From contig JBLDXI010000013.1 in NCBI GenBank assembly GCA_047495785.1, forward strand, positions 3,596,001 to 3,660,000: DNA of 64,000 bases, given 5' to 3'. Within the stretch, counting starts at the first letter, position 1, and every line of letters starts with the position of its first letter. Source of the stretch: Lepidodermella squamata. Taxonomy: Eukaryota; Animalia; Gastrotricha. This document shows positions 13,048-26,727 of the stretch, one piece after another. The translations under genes and the position numbers were made by a program. Under the pieces are notes generated by a model. That model saw only the letters and a program-made list of their open reading frames with translations. It had not been told where the DNA came from and did not search any database.

Positions 13048-13753
13048 CTAGGCTGACGCATACAGCAATTCGGTTTTCTCTTCAGATTGCTCAGGTGTTT
13101 GTTTACATTTGCGCATCATCCGTATTAAATATATCATGTCAATAATCAGTAATATCACGAAGATCAACAAAGCTCCCTCGAAAAAGGCGAAAATCGAGGA
13201 AATGAGGATCGTGATGAACATCGCCAGTAGAGAATAAGGCCCAAAAGCGGTTCCAATCGACATGCCTTCAAAAGAAACAGAAAAACCGTACCGAAAATAA
13301 TGAAATTAATTGTATAAATATGTTAGTTCTATAGACGCGAAGAATTTCAGAGCAATCACAAGCATGTCGCCTGTCAAGTGACACTTCATTTTAATCGAAA
13401 TTGCGATAGATTGATACCGCGCCAACATTTTTGAACAGTTCAAGTTTTCAAGCTTGAAAATACTGCTTAAAAGGCTCATCATCAGTTTGCTACATTCTTT
13501 CTGGAAAATCCTGTAAATTTAGATCTTATTCCCACAGCCCACAGAACAACAGCGGATTTTCGGTTATCATTATTACAGTTTTCAACTTACATTCTTTTCC
13601 AAAAGCGAGTTTCCCTTCAAAGCATTGATGAAAAATTTCAATAGCGGACACAACTCCAGCTAGTAAAAATCCCAAGATCAGTTTGCCTTGCCACCAGATT
13701 CCAACTATTGTACCAATGACTGAGAGTATCAGAATCGCTACTTGTAAAAGCAT
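13048..13753 (-). CDS. Four-TM family member (exons 13591-13753 and 13048-13265)
   Basis: MLLQVAILILSVIGTIVGIWWQGKLILGF...SAIEIF...GKE T|GC MSIG...IYLIRM; GTAAG donor and tttgaag acceptor, in frame. Confidence 0.8.
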
Positions 13754-14122
13754 TTTTAGCTGAAAAGCAATGAAGAAATAGCTTGTATCATTAATCCTTT
13801 CGTTTATAAGTTACTTAAAACTGACTTGCCAAGATTAAATCGTGGCTTTTCCTGTTTCATATTTCATTATTCCAGCACCCTATGGTCATAAAATGAAACT
13901 TCACGACTCGACCACATGGTCAATGACTCTTCTGAAATACCTAAATGTTCATCAAATTATGGAAAATATTGAATCCCATGAATATTCTTTTTTGAAATTT
14001 ATTCATTCATTTATTTATTTATTTATTTAAGGAGCCACAACGCCCGGAAGAGGACAGCTCAGCTCACGCCAAGTCAGAATAGGCATCTTCTTTGATTTGC
14101 GCATTGCAGTCATTGCTCGCCC

Positions 14123-14705
14123 CTATGCAATATCGTCGGATATTTCCTTCAAGTTGCTGCTCTCCATATTATAGCCATAATCAACCTGAACAGCGAGGCC
14201 GATAAGCAGGCGTGAACAGTGAATGATTAGGTCCACGAAAAGCAGTAATACACCGCTCCTGAAGTAGAACGAATCCATTCGCAGATTCTCAGATGCGATG
14301 GACGATAACAGACCGATAATCACCAAGGAGCTCAACAACATTAAAATACCAGCGAAACTCCGCAAACATGAAGCTGCAATGGAAATGCATGATCAAACCT
14401 TTAAACATAGGACAGCCAACCACTTTACCTGGCTCTGACGAATCCTGAATGAGACGAAAACAGTAAAGGAAAAAGGTCTCAAGCATCGAGATCGAAATGG
14501 CAATGCTCAACAGAATTACAGCCTTCTCTCGAATAGGCCGATATCTTTCGCCGTAAGTTTCTGGATCGTATAGCACCCAAAAATTAGCTAAAACACAGGC
14601 CTCAGCAAACAACGCCAGCAAGGTCATCGACTTGAACAAATTGCGTCGTCTTTCGAAGGTTTCCAAGCATGATGGAAGGTGTTTGCTGGTGTAGGCCATG
14701 AACAT
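14123..14705 (-). CDS. Four-TM family member (intron 14374-14428)
   Basis: TM2 'SMLETFF', TM4 'IHCSRLL'; phase-1 gtaaag...ttgcag intron joins the two predicted ORFs. Confidence 0.7.
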
Positions 14706-14889
14706 CGTGAAGCTCTTCGAAAAAGTTCTATCACATTGATAGATCAACAATTCAGCTTAGAACACCTGTATAGCTACATTATCATTTCAATTATTCAATG
14801 AGACAGAATTTATAGCCTCATTTTTTATTTGCAGGTGCTGATACATGCGAATAGACCTAGGATTCGGACGTCAGTTTTCTCTCAGGATC

Positions 14890-15505
14890 TTAAATTGGTT
14901 CGTATGACGATCTGTTATCTTCACAATGTTTCGTGCATCGCATTATCATTTGAAGTGTGATTCGAAGAACATACAGCGCCAAAAGATTGATGGATATGAT
15001 AAATGCGAGAGCAAGGTCAGGTGTTAATATTCCGCAAACTGCGGTCAATATTACTGTGAGGAAAATTCCGATGCAGACTATGATTGACGAGGCTGACCAG
15101 AACACTGGACTGTCGATTACACATCCACCTTCAAAATCAAAAAGACGCATGTCTTCGAAATTGTCTGTTAATGGTTTCCTTGTTGGAATTCCTACCTTTT
15201 CGACTGTTTCTACATTTCGCTTGGCAGAAATTGAAATTTTCCAGGAGAGAAAGCACCGTGGTTATTGTGAATGTGATTAGAAATGGAAGCCTTGCTGGTA
15301 GAGAATTTGCCACGGCGCAGCCGATTAATCCGATTATTGATAATATCAGGGTGGCCGTAGCTGCAGCGATATCTACTACGTACAGTTTTCGGCTCGTTTC
15401 CGATACGATGTCCTCTCCTGAAGCTTCGACCGGCATCGCCTTGTAGTTATAAGGACGGGAGGGCCATTCGTACGGTGACTTTAATTTGCTCAATGACTGA
15501 CCCAT
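14890..15505 (-). CDS. Four-TM family member (2 exons, ~43-nt intron)
   Basis: TM2 'SLLENF', TM4 'ALYVLRI'; gtagga...ttcgaag joins the two ORFs in frame. Confidence 0.65.
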
Positions 15506-16189
15506 TCGCAAACGGAGGAGAGATTGCAGAGAACAAAAGGCTTATCCCTAGCCTTCCCTTATATATAGTGTCTTCACTTATTATTCAATAGATAAAATAT
15601 TATTATGGGCCTTGAGTGTAGGCTGGAATGTTGGATACTCATGAGAGAAGTACTGAATCTCCCCGGACCCAGATGCTCTTCTGATTCATCAAAGAATTCA
15701 TGAAAATAATAGTTGAATTCTCCTGGTTCACTCACCCTTATGATCGGTGAAATGAACACGCTAATACTTACCGGGTAATGATGATTTTTTCTGATTTACC
15801 TGGCTGAAAGCTGATGGATTTTGCAGCATTTTTCGATTTTGTCTGACGCTTATTTCAAGTATTTTTAATATATTACGAGTCTTGACATCATAATGGCAGG
15901 AAAAATGTCTGATATATTGTAACGTGTCGCCGGTCGCCGAAGGGAAATCAATGGAACCTTTGAAAAATGTCTCCGTTTACAAGCCTTTCCACCTAGAACC
16001 TAGATCCAGCCGTTCCGGCACCAAATTTACTCTTATAATTGAGGTATATTTCAGAGCAACAACAAAAACCTTCCATTTACCCCAGTTTAGGCCTATTGTG
16101 CTCACAATAAGTGGTGTGAAATGTTGAAGGCAGCCTAATACATTGATTAGGTTGAGCCAGCACAACAAAAACAAGCAGTAGATTGAACA

Positions 16190-18643
16190 ATGCTGTACAC
16201 GTCAATTAAGGCTTTACCATTTCTCATTGTCGTCATAGGTAAATTCGCCCTCGCCGAATTATTGAACTTCTCCGATCGGCTTAACGTCACGGTTTTAGAA
16301 GAGGATGATTTGATCGAAAGGCCATCAATCGAGCAGTTGATGAACTTATCGTCGAATCAGAATCTAACTCTATTTGATGAAGAAGAGCTACCTGATGGCC
16401 GTCGTTTACTCACATTCACTCTTCAAATCAGCGGCTACCAGTTGATGGGCTACGATTTTACTTTTACGGAAGACGAGACTGAAGCTATCAAGTACGCATT
16501 GAGCGGCCAAATACTAGACGATATTCCTAAGTTTGATAAGCTGGCCATGCAAGTGATTAAACGTAGCGAGAAGATCGGCAATCAAACAGGTTACGCGGCG
16601 TGCATGAAAGGTCTCGCCGAACAATTTGACTTCAAGGAGGTGAGAAGGGAGTCTTTAACTATCTGTTGACCAGCTAATACTGATCGACAAAATTACGTAG
16701 AGAAACGGTGTCGAAATTGGCAACTTTTCCAGCCGATATTTGTGGTTTGATGGTCAGTTCATGACCATGGTGGAAGGCTTCGGCATTTTCAACAACCTGG
16801 ATGAAGCTCAGAGATATTGTTTGATTTACACTCCCTCAGAGAAATGCCTTATTCATTTATTTAGTTTGCTTACACGACATACTCAACAATACAATCATAA
16901 TGTTGGCTCCAACTTCAACCTATGCCGTCGAGGCAGCAGGTGGAAACAGGAGAATTGGCAAGCGTAAATTGACCCTCGATCTAACAGATAGAGTTTCTCA
17001 ACTGGAAGAGTGCATTGTCGAACATCCGAAAGGGTTTTTTACCATCTACGACATGGAGGGTAATACTTCCATATCGGATGAGGCAGAACCGTTGACCTAC
17101 CCATGCGGCAACTTGAACGAAGACGAGGTACTTCAGGCTAAAATGATCGCTCATTTTCTAGTTGGATATAACTAACAGGTGAATGGCGGTTACGGCATCG
17201 CAGCTGACTGCATGGATTACGCTATCCAAACGCAAAAATGTCTGGCAAAGCATGGTGAGGAATTATGACTCTTGACTAAAGCTAAGTGAAATTGAATCTC
17301 CACAGTGAATATGCACGACTTCGGTTTCATCACAAATGGAAAGCCTCTGCGAATTCACATCAATTACGGGCAGATGAAACCTATAGCATTTTGGAACGAG
17401 AACGGCATTTTCTTCGGTGAGACAACCTCCTGTGGTTGATTCAGGTTGATAAGCAATTTCTTCATTATTAGGCAACGGAGATGTATCGAACGAATATCCT
17501 TCTTGCTCGAGCATCGACTCTGTTTCTCATGAAATCGGCCACGCCTTGACAGCTCGCTTTTCAGGGCTCTACTACTCCGGAGAAATGGGCTGTATCAATG
17601 AAGGTGAGTACAAGGAATAACCATATCAGTGAATAGGTGAAGTTGATTCTAATTCAGCCTTCAGCGACATCACTGCAATGATGGTTCGAGCTTGCGTTCG
17701 AGGTACAACAGATTGGCTGTTTGACATCGATGCACAGAAGGCCAGAGACGCTGCGAGCCGTAATCTTGTTCGGAATCTGAAAAAGCCGACCTCAGATGCT
17801 CAGCAGATAAAGAAATACAGCGAGTACAGGCCAAACATTGACGTACACGTCTGCAGCGGGATTTATAACCACGCTTTCTACTTGCTGTCCCAAACTCGAG
17901 GATGGGATATCTACTCGGCTTACCAATTGTTCTATGGCGCCAATAGATTTAAATGGGTAGATTTTACCAAAATGGCCGACGGACTATGTGGAATCCTCAC
18001 CTATGCTAAATCGCTAGATCTGCCATCGAAAAAAATGGCAGATATCAGAGAAGCCTTTGGAAAAGTTGGTTTGTTCATCAATGGAACGAAATGCGACCTG
18101 TCAGATGGTTTCGAGAAGAATCCCGATGGATTTATAACACTTGACAACTGCGTTACCACTGAAGGCATTCAAGGAGAATCAACTGATATCTATCATTTCG
18201 TCCACGAAGTGAAAAAGAAGCCCGGCAAACCCGCCCCGTCCAAACTAATCATATCTTTGAGGCTGCCTAAGAGCCAAATAGAAAATGATGATGTTTTAAA
18301 CTCAGAGGACAATGACGACTCCGATTGTGATGATTGCGATGATAACGATATCGATGCGGATGATAATTTGGATGATGACGAAGACAGTGGCGAGATGAAA
18401 GTAGATTTACTGATTTATTATGGTATGAAGAACATACCAAACGGTGGTGACATCAAGTACGGGGAATTCGACGCAGTTATAGCCAGACAATCTGAATCGA
18501 TACAACTGGTGATAAAGTGCCCTCCGATCGGGAATTACACCTTTGTAATCGTCTCGACCGGGCAAGGTGCCTACAGCGATGTTTCTTTCAATGTATGCCA
18601 CTTGTCCTCAGACTCAGATGTCTGTGAGGTAAAACGTTTATAG
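16190..18643 (+). CDS. M4 (thermolysin/elastase/vibriolysin-like) zinc metalloprotease precursor, 7 exons, C-terminal PPC-like domain
   Basis: Exons ~16190-16639, 16701-16818, 16865-17127, 17179-17254, 17306-17416, 17472-17603, 17658-18643. Motifs GGNRRIGK, VNGGYG, HINYG..IAFW..FFGNG, HEIGH, SGLYYSGEMGCINEAFSD, DVHVCSGIYNHAFYLL; N-terminal signal peptide. Confidence 0.93.
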
Positions 18644-18921
18644 TATGGCCCATTTTACTCTGTGAAATAGCTTCAAAGATGTTTTGAAACAAAATAAAAT
18701 GTTCTGTATTTATTAACTATTAATTGCTACAATTTTGAAGCACAGGATCTCTAATTCCTCACTTCGTAGACATATGACATTTGTGATTAACAGGCAAAGC
18801 TATATTCAGCGGGCGATATCCATTATTTAGGAATAGAAGCCTTATAGAAGCAGCAATAGATGAATTCAATATATAGGAGCACATTTATGCGAAATCAGGT
18901 CATTCTCGAGAACAATGCAAA

Positions 18922-19513
18922 TCAGCAATAGTAATAGGTTCTTTTTATTTCTTGATCCATATCTTGAACGACCTGATATTGATATCGTGGACACTTGCAC
19001 TTGACACACAGGCAGTACCCGGCGTAATACAAAACTCGGAAGAATTGTGATAAGGCGATTAATATGGCTAGAATATTGACAGCAAATAGGGCTGCAGCGC
19101 GAATTTCAAAAGACTCAACTATTGCGTCCAGCAATAATAGGAATGAAATAAGGGTTGCGAGAGTTGTCAAAGCTGTCATAAACCTACCTAACAGGAAAAC
19201 GCAGGCATTCAAAATTTATAAATGACCGGCTAGAGTTTAACTTACTGAAGCAGAAACAACAGCTGTTCTCTTCTTCGTCGTCGCTATCTTCATCATCATA
19301 GTTTTGGCCATAATTGCTCAAGAAAAAGTCCACAAAAGCCACGGCAATGATTATCGCAAAACCAGCTGTGAATTTACTGCGATCGCCATGATATCTGATA
19401 CCCGTGATCTCATTACCATAGAGCAAAAGCAAAGCGATTAGTGAGAGAAGAACCGGGAAGCTGTTAGTGAAAGACCAGCACCAATTTTTGCGGCTGCACT
19501 CCTTATTGCACAT
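18922..19513 (-). CDS. Four-TM family member (2 exons)
   Basis: RYHGDRSKFTAGF...FVDFF; gtaagt...gttag phase-1 intron; TM4 'SQFFRV'. Confidence 0.75.
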
Positions 19514-20298
19514 TGTCTGGTCAGCTTGAAATCCCTCCAAGTGCCAACTTGTTTGTTGCAGGCTAGTCCAATCAATTCTCTATACAAGGTCCGCCTGCTT
19601 TGCTCTTTAGTCTACTTTTTATTGTCTACCGTGCTGTTGCTAAAACTCATCCGAAGGAACACATGAAAGTTGCAAGGCTAAGTCATAACTGGGCTCAAAC
19701 CTATTGGCCTCTCCTGTTACATATGGCTCATAGTGAATAAAGAATGAGGCAAAATTGCCTCACGCTCAGCAGTTGAATGAAACGAAAGCCGTCTCAGGAG
19801 AACCAGTATGAATCCGAAATGTTCTGATAGGTCGAAGTGTGCAATATTCAAGGGATCATCGTGGCCAAAAAAATGGAAATTCAGCCCGCTGCTTCGACAA
19901 TTTTGAGAGGCTTTTGAAGCATTTTTAGTTGGAAATCTTCAACATTTCCTCGCTACGCTCGATTTTCGGTTGAAATCCCTTGACATCTGGCAAATATAGC
20001 ATCCAAAGATCCAGGATCCAAGGTCGCATCCTGGGTCGAAATGTGTGAAGCCTGTTTGGTTGGCTCAGAAAGTTGTTCAACAATCATCAGGATTTACTCG
20101 CGTTATAATCTTGAAATATTTATAAGAGCTTTTATTTTTATTCAGTATTCAATATTATCTGTGAATTGAAAAGGTTTCATTCTTTGGCTTCACCAAGCAG
20201 ACTACGTAACGAGATTAAACGATTGGAGATGTTACAAGATTGAATAAATTACAATTATTTATATCAAGCAAGAATCATATCATATCTTTAGATTCATA

Positions 20299-21015
20299 TC
20301 AAGCTTCTTCATTTTCTTCACATTTATCCATTAAGCCTTTACGCATTTCACTGTCTGCTTCAGCAATGGTTTCATATTGATACGAAGGGCACTTTTCCTT
20401 TATACAAGCATAGATAAGGTAAACAATTAATCGAATGATGTATAGTATAATGATAAACACAGCGAGAACATTTACAGCTTTGTAATCGCCGCCGGGATCT
20501 TTCTGATTAGCCTCTGCAAGAGCACAAATCAGCAGTACGAATGAACCGATGGATGACAGGGTCGTAATAGCTGTTAAGACCTTACCTGTTAGACGAATGA
20601 AGTGATACAGCTTTTTGTTTCATATATATGACAGTTAAATCATAAACATACCAACTTTTTCCAAAGCGAAGGTATTTTCATGACTGATAAACATCACGAT
20701 TAAGTCCAGAAGGGTCACAGTGAGGATAATAGCGAATCCGGCTCTGAACTTGATAGGATCACCTCGGTAGGAACCGTCAACGTGATTCAACAGTATCAAA
20801 CAGATGGCCGAAGCAACAAACGGGGTTATGTTAGTTAGGCAGCAGAGACAGCACATCCTTATCAAGTTGAACCACATTACGCAACAATCCACGATGATCT
20901 TACCGTATGCAGCGTCCGCTCGGGCCTTCGCGAAACCCGACAACGCTGGGGTACATGGCCGATTGCCATCCTGGAAGAAGTTTGCAGGAGGCGGTAAAGT
21001 GCTACATTGGTGCAT
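20299..21015 (-). CDS. Four-TM family member (2 exons; exon 2 is absent from the ORF track)
   Basis: SYRGDPIKFRAGF...LLDLI | GKVLTAITTLSSIGSFVLLIC...VNVLAVFIIILYIIRL...EEA*. Confidence 0.75.
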
Positions 21016-21158
21016 TTTCCTTAGTGATCTCAATATCGCAAAAACCTAGTTTCCTTTCCCAGTGGAATCTTTTTATTAACAATTTTATTTACCACCATGC
21101 TGTGTTATAGGAATATGATTTTCAAACTCATGCGAAAGGAACACTTAATTTTTCAGTC

Positions 21159-21765
21159 TCAAACCGATTCGTAAGGCTGGCGTTTGCAGCAACAGCAGGC
21201 GATGAGAATAATCGGCAGACGGATGCCATAAAGTACCAAAATCACAATGGCCATAATGTTAACACATCCGTAATCGTCGTAGCAGTGCTTGCCTGGGTTG
21301 GTCGCGTGTGGGTAGCTTCGATCCGCATCTGCAACGCAGTAAACCAGCCAGGCAAAGGTTAGGACAGACGCCACAGCTACAGCAAGGCTAACAATCTTGC
21401 CAACTTAGAATAAACAGAGCTTAAAATGTAAGGAAAAAATAGTTGAAATGAAGATTTTTCTTACTCAAATCCGAGGTGCATCGGCATATGCAAGAATCGC
21501 TTGAAGCCATACTCTGCCCACAGCAACAGCAGAGACCGGCCATACCGACTTCGAATAGGGCGATTATGGTAACGAAGCAAAATCCGGCGAAAAATGACGA
21601 CTGACTGCCGCGAACGTATACCGGGACGTCGGTACCTTTATGCTCATGCAGGGTCATCACCGCTGCGACGATTGCGAAAATCAGCGGGATAAAGCTGGTG
21701 AACAGGAAAAGCCGACATCCGACTTCATCGGTTGAATAAACTGCACGCCGCTCAAGTTGAGGCAT
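21159..21765 (-). CDS. Four-TM family member (2 exons)
   Basis: VRGSQSSFFAGF...LFEVG...CCCC | ...CYDDYGCVNIMAIVILVLYGIRL...CCCC. Confidence 0.8.
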
Positions 21766-22248
21766 TTTTTTGAAAAAATTACTTGCAGAAAGAAAGAAAA
21801 TCAGTGAAATAAGGCATGCAATAAAGCATCAGCCTATAATCTTGACATCATCTGTTCTGGTTGTAAAAATTAAGGCATTGTTACGCCATAAAAAAAGATT
21901 ACTCATCAGTCTGAATAAGAGATGAAATAATAGAGCACCGCGCCCTAAATTCAGCCGCTTTTGGGATTTTCCTTCTTTGCCAGCCAGGTGCACTTTTGAA
22001 AAATAATTGGCAAAAACAGGAATACATAGAGGAGTTCATGGGCTATCAAATGCCGGTTTCCGCAAGTCAGGACGATTTTACCTTGATTTATGGCTAATTT
22101 AGTAGTAACCCGGACTTCTGGCAGAAATTGAATAGACAATGCAAATTGATTGAGTTTCGTGCAAAACACTGCTACACACCGCTTTTTGTGTCCAAATTTC
22201 GGCTGGCGGGCGAAATTAAGGTTTTCAGCTCTGCCGTAGGTGAGGGTA

Positions 22249-22430
22249 ATTTAGGACAAAACCATGAGGATTAATTAAAATCAGTCCTAATTCAGAACAC
22301 ACTGATTTTTCTGGTAAAGGTGAGCCTCGATTTATCGGCAAAATTTGGTGATTTTACGATATTTACCAGAATTTTGGCGATCGAAAACAGTTAATATGGC
22401 TAAAGTTGGACAATTAGCGGGCAATTCTGG
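22249..22430. repeat. Degenerate interspersed repeat shared with ~41535-41690
   Basis: Collinear words taattt(a/t)ggacaaaa, cgattta, gattttacga and ttggacaattagcgg at both loci. Confidence 0.5.
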
Positions 22431-23187
22431 ACGCGCTCATTTGCATATGCATTGGTATTGTGAACTTTTCAGATTTTTCTATGAGCTATGGGTCAATTTT
22501 GGAAAAAATTATGAACTAATGGCACTTTCATTTTCAAAAAAATGAGAAAAATAATGTTTCGTTCAGCCGCATCTTTACACTGCAGTACAAAAATGCCCGA
22601 TTTTCACCTGAACTGGAATCTTCGTTGGATCTTTTCGTTTATATTTCGATAACTAAGAGAACGCCCCTAGGATACCCCAGCCAATTTTCGTCCCAATGAT
22701 TATTTGTTTGCGAGGAGATAGGAATGGGTCCCAAATTGAGATTTGAGTTACCTTGCTCACAAAATGTCTTAAAAATAAATTATTGTTCCAATCACCTTGG
22801 GACATGCGCCATTCGAAAGCTCAAGAGACGGGACATTTTATGCAACAAACCCTGTGTTTTTATCGTACGGCGTTACAAAGCTGTTATAACTTGCAAAGCC
22901 GAAGTGTCCATAATTATGCTGCGCTATGGTAATTCAACATGATTTTATTCGCACAGAAAATATCGTCGGTTTTTGTTCATCCGCCATTCATTTTTGTTGT
23001 GTGTTTCACTCATAAAACATCAGCATGGATGAAGCTTCAAACTAAATTTTCGAATATAAACAGGTACAAATTTGATACATTTCATTTTCGATCGGCACAT
23101 TATATGAGTTCAATTTTCGAATAGCACTTATAGCGCGATGAGTAAAAAAAGCTTCAACAAGCTCGTATATATATATATTAAGGCATC

Positions 23188-26100
23188 TCAAGTCGGCGGC
23201 AGAACGTTGAACATGTAAAAAGGGATCATGATTGAGGACGTTAGCGCCACCAGGAAGACGAAATTATCAATGCAAACCGCCGCTGTCCGCAATCTTCTCG
23301 ACCGCCGCTGCGCCGCTCGCTCCTCGTCACTGCTCATATCTTCATCCGTTTGATAAGCCCGCGCTGGTGGTTGCCGTTTGTACAATGGGTCGTAGCTGCG
23401 CCGGTTCGACGGCGGGATATTTCCGATGTCAAGCTGCCGCCGTTGTTGCGGCGTCGCTTTTTGACGGTGCTTCGAGGTGGGTGGGGGTGCTGAGGCTAGG
23501 TTGGGTAGGGTGCCGTAGTTGGCTCCGGCGTTCGTCAGCATAGTCAACGTGTGGTTGCTAGGCGACGATTTGTCGCCGGAGGAAGATGAAACCACGACTA
23601 GATCGACGTTTGTTGTAGTTGTGAGCTCGGCCGATGAGAACAGGCCGTGCCGCGAGACGGCGTCGAGGCTGTCCTCCTCGAATGTGTCGTCACCGTTGAG
23701 CATAGTTACCGGGGCGCCGGTCGTGCCGGACACGAAGCGATCGTTTAGCAGGCTGGTTGTTCCACCGCCAGGATGCGGCGGCGGCTGCATTTCCAGGTCG
23801 CCGTGCCGCCGGTTGTTGGCGGCGCGGAGACGGCTGCGTTTGCTCGCCGCCGTCATCTTTCGCTCGCGACTGCTACCGCGCCGGCGCAGGAAGCTGAAGC
23901 ACTTGAATAACTTCGGCAGACAACCGTTGCGAATTGTATGGTTCAGCATGTATACGCCTATAAATAAAAAATTTCATTTTAATGCTGTGAGCTGTTCGGA
24001 TATACATCTAGGAATTGCCGTAGCTACTGTTTTACTGCTTAAATTAAGGTTCCAACAATTTAATTATATAAGATTCGATTTCGACTAATATCTTTCTTTT
24101 TCGGCAATGATGCACCCTATAACCCAGGAATTTTCCGAATTGGCTACCTGACACCATCAGTTGTGAATAAAATATCTTGATGTTGGCTTTAAAGACTGCT
24201 GATATCTGAAAAATCTATGATAGATAATACTGAAAGAGTGAGTATTTGCGCCTTTTCTGGGAGGGCAGTTTATTCCAAGTTACCACTTTATCATAAAACA
24301 AGTGATTTTGGTATGCCCATATTTTCTGACGGAAATTGGATGTTCCCGTCTCAATAACGGGCCGGGCGACAGAATAGAATGCGACATAATAGCGAGTACA
24401 CCCGAAATAGCGAGGCACGGCTCAATAAAGCGTGCGCTCGACCCGAAAAAGCTCGCTCCGAAGCTTATAAGTCGAGTGCAAACCCGGACAATTTTAGGTT
24501 TCGATTGACCATACAGAAAAAATCACCGAAAATAATGTTGAGGAAGAAAATTCAAAATCTTCATTTTGGAATGCCGTCGGTCTATTGATATTTCTCGCTG
24601 GCAATTTTTTTTTAAATATAATACTCGTAATGCCACGACCTTTATTCTAACAAATCAGTGATATTTCCAGGTAGAAAATTCCGAATAAATACGATGATTT
24701 GGCTCTGACAAGAAAATATTTCTGATGAAATGTAATGAATTTCAGCCTAAATCGCGCCTGTAATTCAAAATTTTATAGACTGGCAGAGATCGGGCGGGAA
24801 TTAATTTTCCACTACAAATAAATAATTTAAAAAAAATGTTTTTGACAATGAAATAAGTAAATTTCGCAATTATTCAGTTTGCTATGATAGCAATTTTTAG
24901 GAAAACCGGATAAAACGGGCTTTATAATACTCCTAAAACCATATAATTCCGTTAAAAGCGGCTCAACTGTTTGCCAAAAGGATTACCAAATGCGATGAGG
25001 CTTTGATTAGCGATTGAGGCTAGATAAAAATAATAATAATTTACCTAAAATAGCGTCTGCTACAGTAACGACGCTGATACCGGTAAGAAAGTCGATATAC
25101 AGGCAGAGCAGTGGTATTGAGTTTGAGGTTCGCGGCAGTTCACCGACGACGATCGACTGAAACACAATTACTGAAAGCAGAATCGTAGTCGATTGTGATA
25201 TTCGGTCTTCGCTGCCGATCGGCAGGAAAAACGTCAGTATTTGAAGAGCAGATAACATGCCACATGGAAAGAAGACATTAATCTAAATTAAAAAAAAATT
25301 AAAAAATATTCCTATAAATTCTTAGGTCCCCAGAACCTTGTAGTAGAGTGTTTTCCTCCGAATTTCCAAGGTTATTTCAACCCTGGAAAATGCCGTAGAT
25401 GAAGTGACGTAATTGAGCTTAGGAACGGCGTAAGCAGTCATTAGGTCCCATTGACCTAATTAATCGAAAAAAACGGTCCTAATTTTGAGGAAAAATTTAA
25501 ACAAAAATTACCGCTCTCGGTGAAAGTTTTCAAAGAAACTGCCGATTTGTCGTACCGAACAGTTAAATTCAAAAATTCTTTCGGGTACATAGCACTCTCG
25601 AAAACTATTTTTCAAAAATTAATAAATATCGATTTGAAAATTTGAAAAAATACCGATTGGGCATCGTTGAGTATCAAAGGGGAAATATGACCTAAAATCC
25701 ATAATTAACATTTTTTATTAATTTTTTTTTCAATTTTTCTTACAAGTCTAGCTCGCATCGGGTGAATATGGTACCAGTCGGGAACCACCAGATGCAGCCG
25801 TCTGAGTGAAGTTTGAAGTCGAACCTACGGTCGCGAATCAACGCGTAAACATCGTCCAGGGCGTTGATGATTTGAATGTCTGGAATCCAGAGCCGGTCGC
25901 CGGGTATGATGACGTAGTCGACGCCGCCGAAGCTGTCCGGCTCCCACGACAGCGCGCCGTCGCACCAGTTGAGCTGTATTCGCATTGTCACTTCCAAAGC
26001 TTCAGTTTTCACATCTGTCCTTTCCCACTGAGAGCGATTACGGGTTAAAAATTATTAAAATTAAATTAAAATGCAATAAATTACGGTGACATAATTTCAC

Positions 26101-26727
26101 GGTCACAAAATAGCTAAAGGTAGATTACATTACTTCATGCTAGAAAAAAGCCCCAAAGCAATTTAAGATCCTGAAATTTGTAAAAAAAATCCCATGCGAT
26201 ATTCTAAATTAGATCCAACAGGGTGTCTACAACGTCCAAGAAGGTTACATCAAGTTACAGAGGCCAGTCTAATTTTTTTTAAGCATTCCGAGACATTTTT
26301 TTTAGGTTACTACTTCCACTACATTTAAATGCTTATTTTTAGTATACCAAATTTTGAATTTTAATGAGCGATATTCGGGTCCGAACTTCGAGCGTCCCGT
26401 TGTCGGTTGTGAGCGGGCGGGCGTAATACGTATAACCGGCGGCAAGTAGCCGCCTTAAGATTTGCAACTCGTAACGCCGATCGACTGTGGCTGATGAAGA
26501 ACGAGAAACCGTATTAACTGTACAAATGTTTTTTGATAGAAAAAAAGCAACAGGCATGCACCCAAAAGCCCCTCACCCGGGTTGACCTTACCTGTTCCGT
26601 GGTGCTGTTTATCGGCGCCCATCGCCAGCCCGGTCAGCCATAATAGCAATAAAAGGGTGGCTGAAATCAGCCCTAAATCCGGCGGCCTGAAGCCGAATAA
26701 AGTCCCGCCGTGAATTAGCAACCGCAT
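23188..26727 (-). CDS. Cys-loop ligand-gated ion channel subunit, nicotinic/5-HT3-like cation type, non-alpha; ~8 exons
   Basis: Signal peptide; ARPL; W.D..L.W; LWIPDI; Cys-loop C-ELDL|SYFPFDTQR-C; GQW; RRKTLYY; M1-M3 'FFLPIGSEDRISQSTTILLS...ELPRTSNSIPLL'; long M3-M4 loop; M4 'AAVCIDNFVF'. Confidence 0.92.

Larger units (their letters stand above)
1..13585. repeat. Direct tandem segmental duplication, unit 8,521 bp. Complete copy 5065-13585; the left copy runs off the window and ends at 5064
   Basis: Position n matches n+8521 from base 1 (aagttgacaacatcgcc = 8522) to ...attacagttttcaa (5064 = 13585), then diverges (atcttg vs cttac). Every ORF in 332-4742 recurs with identical translation at +8521. 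Confidence 0.97.

Noticed and set aside
14000-14030. (TTTA)n, (AAT)n at ~26865 and ~27340, (TTTAA)n at ~43780
   Set aside because: Ordinary microsatellites.
16190-18643. Bacterial contamination as the source of the M4 genes
   Set aside because: Six GT-AG introns of host-typical size, shared by both copies, with animal genes on both sides.
23232-24088. Long plus-strand ORFs (also 30214-30438, 58829-59275, 59624-60010)
   Set aside because: Antisense shadows of real minus-strand exons.
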